In this document: positions 41,129 through 53,450 of the stretch, piece by piece | Position numbering within the stretch: the first letter of the stretch is position 1 | How the letters are laid out: the number at the start of each line of letters is the position of its first letter | DNA from: Paraspadella gotoi | Lineage: Eukaryota > Animalia > Chaetognatha | Length of the DNA: 64,000 nucleotides | Reading direction: 5' to 3' | Assembly: GCA_051294375.1 (NCBI GenBank) | Contig: CM119268.1 | Span: 15,218,172 to 15,282,171, forward strand | The notes under the pieces: model-generated | Told to the model about the DNA's origin: nothing | What the model saw: only the letters and a program-made list of their open reading frames with translations | Database searches by the model: none | Program-made: the position numbers and the translations under genes

Positions 41129-41339
41129 ATCCAAACCGAACAAGTCCAAGATTTATCCAAAAATTGGGCGGTTTTCAAAATTCAGCGAACAATACATCCA
41201 TACGTTCGATTGACGACGGTCACATTACAAACATCTTGTCGAATTCCCTCTCTCGTTCCAACCTCCCGCCCTTAACAAACTAATACATCTTCTCTAAAGC
41301 ATTCTTCTCGGTTCATCCCCCCCCTCAAAACCCTCTCTT

Positions 41340-43494
41340 TCACATAAACACCGACCGCCCCCCACTTCCCCTCCTTGGAAGCGCGCGCTCAGTCCCCGCT
41401 TCTCCCGGTTCCGATGTTGCGAAAGACTCCGGGATCGATTTCGATTCCCGCGACGTCTTTGGCTTTGGCGGAGTCCGTCGCTCGCCGCGGCGCCGTCACC
41501 TTCACGGCGGGCCTTTGGGCGGAGCGACGGGGTCGGCGGCGGGCGGGCGGCGCGTTTGGCGGCGGCGGTGAGGCGAGGTAATCCTTGTAGGAAGTTGGGA
41601 AGGAGGAAGACTGAGGAGGAGAGGAAGAGGAGGAGGAGCGGCGAGGTCTTCCTGACGAACGAGGGCGTAGCCGGGCGGGATTTGTCTGGAAAAACAAAAC
41701 AGGGTGAGAGGCAAAGATTTAAAAAAGGTGAAGTCGATTCTCGATCGGAAAAAAAAGATTTTCGTAAATAATGTGACACAATAGCTTTATGATTATCAAT
41801 TGAAAAAAAATTTAAAAAAATGTGAGTCGATTCTCGATCGGAAAAAAAGATTTTCGTAAATAAATGTAACACAACGTAATAGCTTTATGATTATCAATTG
41901 AAAAATTAAATCGAATTGTCATCACCCATACTACCCCCCCCCCTCTCTCACTTTTAATGGCCTCCAACCCTTCGCCGCGATTCATCCTCTGCCTTTCCCT
42001 CTTGGCGCGATTCTTCTCCGCCTTTGAAGCCACGCCCATTTTGTCGTTTTCGATCTTCACCGTCAAGAGATCCGCGCCGATCTCGCCGGCCCCACTGCGG
42101 TCCAGCGTCGAACGCGACCGCCCCTGACGGCCCTCTGGCGCCACCACGGCCGCGGGGCGATAGACCTTGCCGTCTCGAAACGCCGGCTGCTGCTGAGGCG
42201 TCTGCTTTTGCGGCTGCATGTAGTCGGAGCGGAAACCGAATCCGCGATCCAATTTCCGAAATGAAGAAGAGAAAACGCCGGCGCTGCCGCTAACGCCGCC
42301 TGATTAAACAATAGAGGAAATTGAAGGCCCAGAGGAAGATTTGTTAAGCAGATATTCCACTATCTCTGTCTCCTTTTTCCTTTCTCTCTCTTCCTCTTTC
42401 TCTATTTCTCATTTTCTCACCCGAAAGTCTTCTCGTTCGCAAATCATTTCTGTTGTTGTTATTAATCCGGTTGTTGTTGTTGTTGTTGTTGAAGTTGCCT
42501 CTCGTCGAACCACGGGTCAAATTCATCATGAGCCGTCTCTGCGCCGCCGCGGTTCCGCGCTTCCCGCCGCAGCAGCCGCTCTCGCGCCTCTCTGTCCCAG
42601 TCTCTGACGCAGAGAAGAGGAGAGGCCGCTGCGCGACCGCCTCCCCTGGTGCCTCCTCTGCCGATCGGGGTCTGCCCCAGACGACCCTGCAGCCGTCCGC
42701 CCTGCCACCGACGCTGGCGCCCCGTCCGGCACGCCCGCTCTTCCGCCCGTTCCGCCAGCTCCGCCTCGCTTCGTTTCTATTGCCAACAGAGTTTTCAAGA
42801 TTGGATCTTGCGACGCTTCGCCAGAGAGCGTCGCGCGCGTCACCGCGGCGCCGCGACGTCGTTTGGCGTTGAGACGCAGAAGAGCGGCGCGTTTTAGCTC
42901 TGCGGCGCGACGGGTCGACGCCGCCAGGACGCGTTGCTTTTGGGCGACGTTGGCGCGAAAAGCGGGTGACGATGGACGGGACGACGATTCGGAGGAAAGG
43001 GACGTTGGACGCGGGAGGCTGTAAGAAGACAATTTCAAAAAATAATTCTACAAACATACCTTTAATAAAAAAAAAACAAACAAAATCAAACAATCAAAGC
43101 TAATACCAAAACGAGTAAATATTAAAACTTTGCTCCATTGACTATATTCTTTTTTATTAAAATACAATAAATCCCCCAAAAAGCTATCTCAATGAAAGTA
43201 AATTTATCAAGCCAATCAATCAATCAATCTACCCACCGGCTAGCTTTTTGGGAGAGTTGCTCATCTGAGCAGAGTACATTCCGCCTCGATTCAGTTTGAA
43301 GCCGCGCCCTTTACCCCTGGCGACGACAGTTTTGTTGACGTTTAATTGTTTTCTGTTGTTTCCTCTAAAAACCCTTTTGACCCTTGTTGGCGTTATTTGT
43401 CGTCCGATTCTTGGCGTCGCATTTTATTGTTTTTCGTTTTCTTGTTTTGTTTGATGATGTCGTCCAAAGAAAGATCCACGTCCATCGACGACAT
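41340..43494 (-). CDS. FYTTD1: UAP56-interacting factor (FYTTD1/UIF)-like mRNA export adaptor, 4 coding exons, with several indel errors
   Basis: Exons ~43494-43237, 43018-42421, 42299-41952 and ~41685-41340. N-terminal UAP56-binding motif MDVDLSLDDIIKQNKK, RGG-rich middle, LLTVKIEND (cf. ILTVSIDN), C-terminal GLSARF...GGRSVFM (cf. TLNERF...GGSRFV), and no RRM. Confidence 0.72.
41717..41905. repeat. ~95-bp tandem duplication within a FYTTD1-like intron
   Basis: Two near-identical units (GTCGATTCTCGATCGGAAAA...GCTTTATGATTATCAATTG); also present in the copy at ~58535-58727. Confidence 0.85.
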
Positions 43495-44494
43495 CTTGGC
43501 TTTTCAATATAAATATATTTACTGGAGTACTGAAAAATAGAAATCATTTGAAAAGAAATAATCAACATGAGTTTACAAGTTAAATTTTCGTATAATCAAT
43601 GTTAAAGAGAAATATTTTAAACGAAAATAATTAGAATATGAACGATAAAATATCTACGAATACATGTTTAACGATTAACATTAAACGAACTAACTGGTCT
43701 GAGAATCCTGGAAAACAAAGCATTACCTTAAAATGAGTTGCACTAAAATATCACAGGTTTTATCGGAGAGTTTTGTTAGTGCGTGACAGAGAAGTTTTAC
43801 TGATAAAATATTTTTTTTGAGTAATTCGCAGAGATCACCGTAATCACCAAAAGTAGACAAGCGTTTTTTTAAAGAGAATTTCTATCGCGTTAAGCGTTAT
43901 ATTTAGGCGTTATAGAAGTAGTAGGAATACTGTTACGTGGTTAATAATGACCCATTCAATCTAAAGACAGTAAGTACGAGGGAAACGGAGCATATCGCAG
44001 AAAAATTGTTAAAAGATAATTTCAGTAATGCTTAATGAAGTTTTTAGTTCGGATCTACTTATCGCAGATTCCGGACTCTATAAATCCACTTTGTCGGGTT
44101 CCGTCGGTCCACCCCAAAATCTTTCGGTAAATCATTTTTTTCGTATCAAGATTATGATAAATTAAGCAAAAAAAAACGATGTCCGTCCTTCCTTCTGTCT
44201 GTAGCAAAAAACTCTTTATTATTCGTGATTGAACGGATGGATTAGAATGACAAGCTTTTGTGTGCAAGTAGGAAGACTTGTGTTATTGAGCTGGATATGA
44301 ATGTTTCGATGGAATCGTTCGTGTGGAAATTAGTTAAAATGAAATCTATTTCACTATTGAACGCCAATTTCTCATGAGTGGATGGGGCAATTGACTTGAA
44401 ATTTTGTATGAGGGTAGAAAAGTGTGTGATTATTGTTTATGCTTACTCATAAATATTTTAATTAATTAGTTAAATAATTTAATTGATTAAAGTG

Positions 44495-44705
44495 AAAAAT
44501 GATGAAATTTGAAACAAATATTAAGTTAAAAAATGATGCAATTAAAAAAATGATGAAGGAAAAAAATTATTGCAATTTAAAAATATCATGCAAGTTTAAA
44601 AAAATGTGCGTGTTAAAAAAATAGAACGAGTTTAAAAAATGATATCAGTTGAAAAAATGATGCAAGTGGAAAAATATAATGTAAGTAGAAAAAATAATAA
44701 TAGTT
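44495..44705. repeat. Degenerate ~21-bp AT-rich tandem repeat
   Basis: Repeated AAAAAATGATGCAAGTT-like units. Confidence 0.7.
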
Positions 44706-44943
44706 AAAAAGACTATTTATACTTTATTTGTAATTATTTCTACCATAGTATCAGTTCAGGTTTAAATCCATTGCAAGCGTGTATTGGAATGTTATGATCA
44801 GTTTGATTACCGCTTAATTATCGTAGGCAGATCCGACATTGTTTGCTCAAACTTGTTATAATTAATACTTTACTGGACTATTTCTGCCTTGTTTAAATTT
44901 AAATACAAGTTTATGGTATGGCACAAATGGTAAACTCTTTTAT

Positions 44944-46246
44944 TCACAAGAGCTCGTCTCTTCGACAAACATATGGCAGAGTTTCCAAAGTGAGCGTCGC
45001 CTTTCCCGCCATGGCGGCCACGGCGTCGTCGAGAGTCCAATCCGCGTCACGACGACGCCGTCTATGCCGACGATTTCGTCGCCGACGCCGAGAACGCCGC
45101 CGAAAAAATCCGCCGCGTAGACGTCGAGGGCGAGACGAGAGACGAAGACGCCGCCACCGTGGAGGGCGTTTCCTTTAGCCACGTAGAAGCCGAAGGGACC
45201 GTCGAGTGGCTTGTCAAGTCGGACACGGCGTCGACCTCGGCGTCGACGCCAAGGACAGCGCCTATTCGGCGAGGATTCTGTGGGCGCCGGTTTCGAGAGG
45301 CGCGCGCAAAACCGTCCTTCAAGGATCGAGGGACGACGAGATCCAAACCGCGTTTGGCCACGCGACGGGGAAGGCGACTTGCCCTTGACCGGCGTGGAGG
45401 ACCCCGCGTTCGTCGATGTGGTCGTCGACGACGACGCTGCCTCGACGTCAAAACTGCCCCGTCCCTCTCAGCGAAGCCAACTGGCGTCTAATTGGCGACG
45501 GTGCCTCTTTCAGTGCCACCGAAGTCGGCGACTCCGGCGCAGCGAGACTCAAGCTGCTCGTAGAAGGTTTGAGAAGCTTTTTAGCTGGAGATCTCGAGTC
45601 CCGACGGCGAACGGAGACCCCCTCGACGACAAGATTCGGGCTGCTGACCGACTTAAGGGTTAAAGACCTACGCTTGGGCGTCCGGAAGAGCGAGCGGAGG
45701 GGATTGGAGATCGAGGGAGGTCGATGTCGGCGACGAAGAGGTTGGTCATCTTCCTCCTCGACTGCGAGGACTCCGTCGTCGAGGAACGACATTCGACGAT
45801 CGGGAGAAGAAGACGACTTTCGACGGGGCATTCCAAAAGGCTACCTCTTGCAGCGGAACAGATTTGGTGTGGTCGCCGACGGAGGAGAGGGCTATCACGT
45901 GACCAGGCCGCTCTGACTTCTCTACTAAGCTTTTCAAACAAGCGGAATATGGAGGAGGCGCGGGAGAGACTGACAGCGTCGACGAAATCGGTCGCGGAGA
46001 AGTGAGATCTTCGCAACTGAAAGAGTCGCCGCCGAATCGCGTCGACTTCGCCCCTTTAGTCACCGGCTCGAGCCAAGAACGTCGATGGTCAAGTCGCCCG
46101 CCGAGAGCCACTTCTCAACTATGGCCGTTTTGTTGTTGTTGTTATCTTGATTTAGATTATTGCTACCGGTTTCAGGATTTCTGTTAATGCTATTAATATT
46201 GCTGTAGTTGTTGTAACCTCGAGAGATTTTGAGAGATTTGATTCGA
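44944..46246 (-). CDS. 3' half of the PDZ-domain gene (Par-6-like PDZ), inverted relative to its 5' half
   Basis: Consensus of the copies gives RRVRLDKPLDGPFGFYVAKG...GVFVSRL...GVLGVGDEIVGIDG...TLDDAVAAMAGKATLTLETLPYVCRRDELL*, similar to the Par-6 PDZ (RRVRL..PLGFYI..GIFISRL..GLLAVNDEV..TLDQV). Confidence 0.8.
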
Positions 46247-46271
46247 NNNNNNNNNNNNNNNNNNNNNNNNN
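46247..46271. other. Assembly gap (25 N)
   Basis: Run of 25 N. Confidence 0.99.
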
Positions 46272-48100
46272 CCACCGAAGTCGGCGACTCCGGCGCAGCG
46301 AGAGCTCAAGCTGCTCGTAGAAGGTTTGAGAAGCTTTTTAGCTGGAGATCTCGAGTCCCGACGGCGAACGGAGACCCCCTCGACGACAAGATTCGGGCTG
46401 CTGACGACTTAAGGGTTAAAGAACTACGCGTTGGGCGTCCGGAAGAGCGAGCGGAGGGGATTAGAGATCGAGGGAGGTCGATGTCGGCGACGAAGAGGTT
46501 GGTCATCTTCCTCCTCGACTGCGAGGACTCCGTCTCGAGGAACGACATTCGGACGATCGGAGAAGAAGACGACTTCGACGGGGCATTCCAAAAGGCTACC
46601 TCTTGCAGCGGAACAGAATTTGTTGTGGTCGCCGACGGAGGAGAGGGCTATCACGTGACCAGGCCGCTCTGACTTCTCTACTAAGCTTTTCAAACAACGG
46701 AATATCACTGAAAGAGGCACCGTCGCCAATTAGACGCCAGTTGGCGTCGCTGAGAGGGCGTGGCAGTTTTGACGTCGAGGCAGCGTCGTCGTCGACGACC
46801 AGACGAACGCGGGGTCCTCCACGCCGGTCAAGGGCAAGTCGCCTTTCCCCGTCGCGTGGGCCAAACCGCGGTTTGGATCTCGTCGTCCCTCGATCCTTGA
46901 AGGACGGTTTTGCGCGCGGCCTCTCGAAACCGGCGCCCACAGAATCCTCGCCGAATAGGCGCTGTCCTTGGCGTCGACGCCGAGGGTCGACGCCGTGTCC
47001 GACTTGACAAGCCACTCGACGGTCCCTTCGGCTTCTACGTGGCTAAAGGAAACGCCCTCCACGGTGGCGGCGTCTTCGTCTCTCGTCTCGCCCTCGACGT
47101 CTACGCGGCGGATTTTTTCGGCGGCGTTCTCGGCGTCGGCGACGAAATCGTCGGCATAGACGGCGTCGTCGTGACGCCGGATTGGACTCTCGACGACGCC
47201 GTGGCCGCCATGGCGGGAAAGGCGACGCTCACTTTGGAAACTCTGCCATATGTTTGTCGAAGAGACGAGCTCTTGTGAATAAAAGAGTTTACCATTTGTG
47301 CCATACCATAAACTTGTATTTAAATTTAAACAAGGCAGAAATAGTCCAGTAAAGTATTAATTATAACAAGTTTGAGCAAACAATGTCGGATCTGCCTACG
47401 ATAATTAAGCGGTAATCAAACTGATCATAACATTCCAATACACGCTTGCAATGGATTAAACTGAACTGATACTATGGTAGAAATAATTACAAATAAAGTA
47501 TAAATAATCTTATTATTTTTTCTACTTACATCATATTTTCCACTTGCATCATTTTTTCAACTGATATCATTTTTTAAACTCGTTCTATTTTTTTAACACG
47601 CACATTTTTTTAACTTGCATGATATTTTTAAATTGCATAATTTTTTTCACTTCCATCATTTTTTTAACTTGCATCATTTTTTAACTTAAATATTTGTTTC
47701 AAATTTCATCATTTTTTCACTTTAATCAATTAATTATTTAACTAATTAATTAAAATATTTATGAGTAAGCATAAACAATAATCACACACTTTCTTACCCT
47801 CATACAAAATTTCAAGTCAATTGCCCCATCCACTCATGAGAAATTGGCGTTCAATAGTGAAATAGATTTCATTTTAACTAATTTCCACACGAACGATTCC
47901 ATCGAAACTTCATATCCAGCTCAATAACACACTTCCCTACTTGCACACAAACTTTCATTCTAATCCATCCGTTCAATCACGAATAATAAGAGTTTTTTGC
48001 TACAGACAGAAGGAAGGACGGACATCGTTTTTTTTTGCTTAATTTATCATAATTTGATACGAAAAAAATGATTTACCGACAAGATTTTGGGGTGGGACCG
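46272..48100. repeat. Redundant low-accuracy copies: forward 45516-45950, then reverse 45515-44105 (includes the PDZ C-terminus on +, stop at 47278)
   Basis: Direct sequence identity with scattered 1-bp indels; orientation switches at ~46705. Confidence 0.9.
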
Positions 48101-49844
48101 AAGCCAATCAATCAATCAATCTACCCACCGGCTAGCTTTTTGGGAGAGTTGCTCATCTGAGCAGAGTACATTCCGCCTCGATTCAGTTTGAAGCCGCGCC
48201 GCTTTACCCATGGCGACGACAGTTTTGTTGACGTTTAATTGTTTTCTGTTGTTTCCTCTAAAACCCTTTTGACCCTTGTTGGCGTTATTTGTCGTTCCGA
48301 TTCTTGGCGTCGCATTTTTATTGTTTTTCGTTTTTCTTGTTTTGTTTCGATGATGTCGTCCAAAGAAAGATCCACGGTCCATCGACGACATCTTGGCTTT
48401 TTCAATATAAATATATTTACTGGAGTAACTGAAAAAATAGAAATCATTTGAAAAGAAATAATCAACATGAGTTTACAAGGTTAAATTTTCGTATAATCAA
48501 TGTTAAAGAGAAATATTTTAAACGAAAATAATTAGAATATGAACGATAAAATATCATACGAGATACATGTTTAACAGATTAACATTAAACGAACTAACTG
48601 GTCTGAGAATCCTGGAAAACAAAGCATTACCTTAAAATGAGTTGCACTAAAATATCACAGGTTTTTATCGGAGAGTTTGTTAGTGCGTGACAGAGAAGTT
48701 TTACTGATAAAATATTTTTTTTGAGTAATTCGCAGAGATCACCGTAATCACCAAAAGTAGACAGCGTTTTTTTAAAGAGAATTTCTATTCGCGTAAGCGT
48801 TATATTGTTAGGCGTTATAGAGTAGTAGGAATACTGTTACGTGGTTAATAATGACCCATCAATCTAAAGACAGTAAGTACGAGGGAAACGGAGCATATCG
48901 GCAGAAAAATTGTTAAAAGATAATTTCAGTAATGCTTAATGAAAGTTTTTAGTCGGATCTACTTATCAGCAGATTCCGACTCTATAATCCACTTTGTCGG
49001 TCCGTCGGTCCCACCCCAAAATCTTGTCGTAAATCATTTTTTTCGTATCAAATTATGATAAATTAAGCAAAAAAAAACGATGTCCGTCCTCCTTCTGTCT
49101 GTAGCAAAAAAAACTCTTATTATTCGTGATTGAACGGATGGATTAGAATGAAATTTTGTGTGCAAGTAGTGGAAGTGTGTTATTGAGCTGGATATGAAGT
49201 TTCGATGGAATCGTGCGTGTGGAAATTAGTTAAAATGAAATCTATTTCACTATTGAACGCCAATTATCTCATGAGTGGATGGGGCAATTGACTTGAAATT
49301 TTGTATGAGGTAAGAAAGTGTGTGATTATTGTTTTATGCTTACTCATAAATATTTTAATTAATTAGTTAAATAATTAATTGATTAAAGTGAAAAATGATG
49401 AAATTTGAAACAAATATTTAAGTTAAAAAATGATGCAAGTTTAAAAAAATGATGGAAGTGAAAAAAATTATGCAATTTAAAAATATATGCAAGTTAAAAA
49501 AAATGTGCGTTTAAAAAAATAGAACGAGTTTAAAAATATGATATCAGTTGAAAAAATGATGCCAAGGGAAAAATATAATGTAAGTAGAAAAAATAATAAT
49601 AGTTAAAAAGACTATTTATACTTTATTTGTAATTATTTCTACCATAGTATCAGTTCAGTTTAATCCATTGCAAGCGTGTATTGCGAATGTTATGATCAGT
49701 TTGATTACCGCTTAATTATCGTAGGCAGATCCGACATTGTTTGCCCTCAAACTTGTTATAATTAATACTTTACTGGAACTATTTCTGCCTTGTTTAAATT
49801 TAAATACAAGTTTATGGTATGGCACAAATGGTAAACTCTTTTAT

Positions 49845-52177
49845 TCACAAGAGCTCGTCTCTTCGACAAACATATGGCAGAGTTTCCAAAGTGAGCGTCG
49901 CCTTTCCCGCCATGGCGGCCACGGCGTCGTCGAGAGTCCAATCCGGCGTCACGACGACGCCGTCTATGCCGACGATTTCGTCGCCGACGCCGAGAACGCC
50001 GCCGAAAAAATCCGCCGCGTTAGACGTCGAGGGCGAGACGAGAGACGAAGACGCCGCCACCGTGGAGGGCGTTTCCTTTAGCCACGTAGAACCGAAGGGA
50101 CCGTCGAGTGGCTTGTCAAGTCGGACACGGCGTCGACCTCGGCGTCGACGCCAAAGGACAGCGCCTATTCGCGAGGATTCTGTGGGCGCCGGTTTCGAGA
50201 GGCGCGCGCAAAACCGTCCTTCAAGGATCGGAGGGACGACGAGATCCAAACCGCGTTTGGCCCACGCGACGGGGAAGGCGACTTGCCCTTGACCGGCGTG
50301 GAGGACCCCGCGTTCGTCGATGTGGTCGTCGACGACGACGCTGCCTCGACGTCAAAACTGCCCCGCCCTCTCAGCGAAGCCAACTGGCGTCTAATTGGCG
50401 ACGGTGCCTCTTTCAGTGCCACCGAAGTCGGCGACTCCGGCGCAGCGAGACTCAAGCTGCTCGTAGAAGGTTTGAGAAGCTTTTTAGCTGGAGATCTCGA
50501 GTCCCGACGGCGAACGGAGACCCCCTCGACGACAAGATTCGGGCTGCTGACCGACTTAAGGGTTAAAGACCTACGCTTGGGCGTCCGGAAAGAGCGAGCG
50601 GAGCGGGATTGAGATCGAGGGAGGTCGATGTCGGCGACGAAGAGGTTGGTCATCTTCCTCCTCGACTGCGAGGACTCCGTCGTCGAGGAACGACATTCAG
50701 ACGATCGGGAGAAGAAGACGACTTCGACGGGGCATTCCAAAGGCTACCTCTTGCAGCGGAACAGATTTGGTGTGGTCGCCGACGGAGGAGAGGGCTATCA
50801 CGTGACCAGGCCGCTCTGACTTCTCTACTAAGCTTTTCAAACAAGCGGAATATGGAGGAGGGCGCGGGAGAGACTGACAGCGTCGACCGAAATCGGTCGC
50901 GGAGAAGTGAGATCATCGCAACTGAAAGAGTCGCCGCCGAATCGCGTCGACTTCTGCCCCTTAGTCACCGGCTCGACGCCAAGAACGTCGATGGTCAAGT
51001 CGCCCGCCGAGAGCCATTTCTCAACTATGGCCGTTTTGTTGTGTTGTTATCTTGATTTAGATTATTGCTACCGGTTTCAGGATTTCTGTTAATGCTATTA
51101 ATATTGCGTGTAGTTGTTGTAACCTCGAGAGAATTTTGAGAGATTTGATTCGAGTCGCGGAACGGTTCGTCGTGGAAATTCGGCTCCTCGGCGGAGGCAG
51201 CGAGGCGGCGGCAGCTGCGGAGGCAGCGGCAGCCGCGCGGGATGCCTTCTACGGCGAATTTTAGCCACCAGAAATCTCTGGCGCGCGCAGAATTCGCCAT
51301 TCAAATTGCCTGTGAAATTCTGTTAAGACTAGACCAAGTGAATTTTCTTCCCGCAGTTTTTACTTTATTCTCTTTACAACTTCCTTTCCGACTTTTTGCC
51401 GCCAAATTTCCCGCCAATTTTCCGAAGGAATTTCAGTCAATATTTGAGGACAACAATTTCGCGTCCAAACTCTCTTGAGACGAGACCCAGCGATTGCGTT
51501 GTGATTTCCCGTCCAACTCAAAGGCGCTATGAATCTTTTTAAGACTTAGCTCCCTTTTTGGAAATGTGGTTGTGGTAATTAAATTTTTCACTTGTTACGA
51601 CCCCGCTACTTAAATATTGCTGCTTTTACATCATATTCATTGACGGGTTTGAATCTTTATTAGACGCATGCGATCGAAGCCGTCCCAGTTTTATGATTCA
51701 GTTGATCTCCTTCCCGAGTGCGAAGCATTTTTTCGACGTCACCGAAAATTGACCCCGAAGGTTTCGTCGTCTTTCGATCCGAGCACGTTCGACGCATCGC
51801 TTTTGGTTCTCCGCAGTCGGTCCGTCCTCGTCGACGACCCGATCACGACTTTGCGAGGTCACATCCTTCAAGCCGTGCAGCTCTTTAGTCTGCCTCTGGC
51901 CTTTGTTGCGGTTGCCATCGGCTTTGGCGTCGAAAGGAGTGAACGGCGGCGGCAACGCCGAGGGGACCTGACGGCGGCGCTAGGTGGCGCACAACGCCGC
52001 CGCAAGACGAAGCAGTTTGGCGCGACGCCGTGAGTAGGAGTTTCGCTGCGACAGAAACTTTACTTTAATTCTCGACCGCGAAATGCAGGGTGAGGATCCA
52101 GCTGCTGTTGTTGCGTGTGTTGTGCGGAGCCTTGAGTTGACGAACGCGGGGCGGTGAGTGTCGTCGATCGTCGCCAT
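49845..52177 (-). pseudogene. Full-length but frameshifted copy of the PDZ gene (probably an uncorrected read, not a real pseudogene)
   Basis: Contains start MATIDDTH through stop RRDELL* contiguously, with many 1-bp indels. Confidence 0.7.
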
Positions 52178-53450
52178 TTCAATCGGAGGATTAATGATCG
52201 GCAAGACGAAAGATTATTCAATGTCATTTGCATAAATAAAAGGTTTAAACCTTTAGAATTTAATTTGAGCTAAAATGTAACCGCGTTTTGGTTTTTAAAA
52301 AAATAAAGAAGTTTTCAGACTAAACAAAATTGTCCCTACAAACTGTGAAATTAGGGAAAAACAAATCATTTTCTTCAATAAAAATTAACATAACATAACA
52401 TAACATAACATAACTAACATAACATAACATAACATAACATACATAACATACATGAAACATAACATAACATAGCCTCAATAAATAAGGGGCAAATAGTTTA
52501 CTTACTTCCAGTTCGCTTTCAATCTTCTCGTAGGAAATCCACACCGTTTCTTCACCCAGTTAGACAATTCTTAATTTCAAATATGAAGAAATAAAAACAT
52601 AAAGTGAAGCGAAAAAAACAAGTGCGCCGGTCCTATTTTGCTCCAAAATTTTCACCATTAAACCCATACGTTGAAAACGAAGGCATCCCTCTAGGAAGCC
52701 AAGCAGGGCCAGGAGGGCAATGTCTATGAACCGCTTCGTTTATTTAAACTTTCAGAATGCCAATCGGTCCTCGCGTTGTTTTCGTTAATGCTTTTTTTTG
52801 ACAAAAAGAGCATCGTCCATGAAAATTAACAGCCAAAACGAAATAAAAATATTTTTAAAAAAAACAAAGAGACTGCATACATAAATTTGGGCTTTTCTTA
52901 ATAGGTTTTACGTTCAGTTTAACCTCTAAATAATGATAAAATTTTCAAAAATACTATTCTTATTTCTAATACAGTAGAATCTGATCTCTCTTTCTCACAG
53001 ATGTCACTTTTGCCCCTCTTAACCTTTTCTTCCCAACTTACCCTGTCACTCGCGAATGCCTCGATACCGGGGGCCGCCCTACTGCCAAACGAGGACTTTT
53101 TAACCCTGAACGCCTCGGTCTCGACCCGAACGACAGAAGCCCATCAACAATTTCAAATGGGACAGACACAGAGAGGAAAAAAAAAGACAAGTGGATATTA
53201 AGGCGCGCCATATTTTTTTAGCCAGTCGCGGACCTTTCGATTAACTCTTTCTTTCTTTGGCCAGAAACCGATGACGGGGCCAACTTGTGTGGGCCCTGGA
53301 AATCTTTTTCCTTCATCCCTCGACTGGTAGTCGTGGAACAGAAAGAAAAAAATGGAATCTTTAAAAAAACAAAAACTCACATTCAAAAAATCATAATTTA
53401 AGCATATCGTTAGTCAAATTGAAAGCGGAAGAGATAAAGAAAACGTCGAA

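Noticed and set aside
41129-41283. C-terminal tail of the 376-aa ORF (HPNRTSPRFIQKLGG...)
   Set aside because: Antisense of the FYTTD1-like 3' UTR brought in by the inversion junction; not the real C-terminus.
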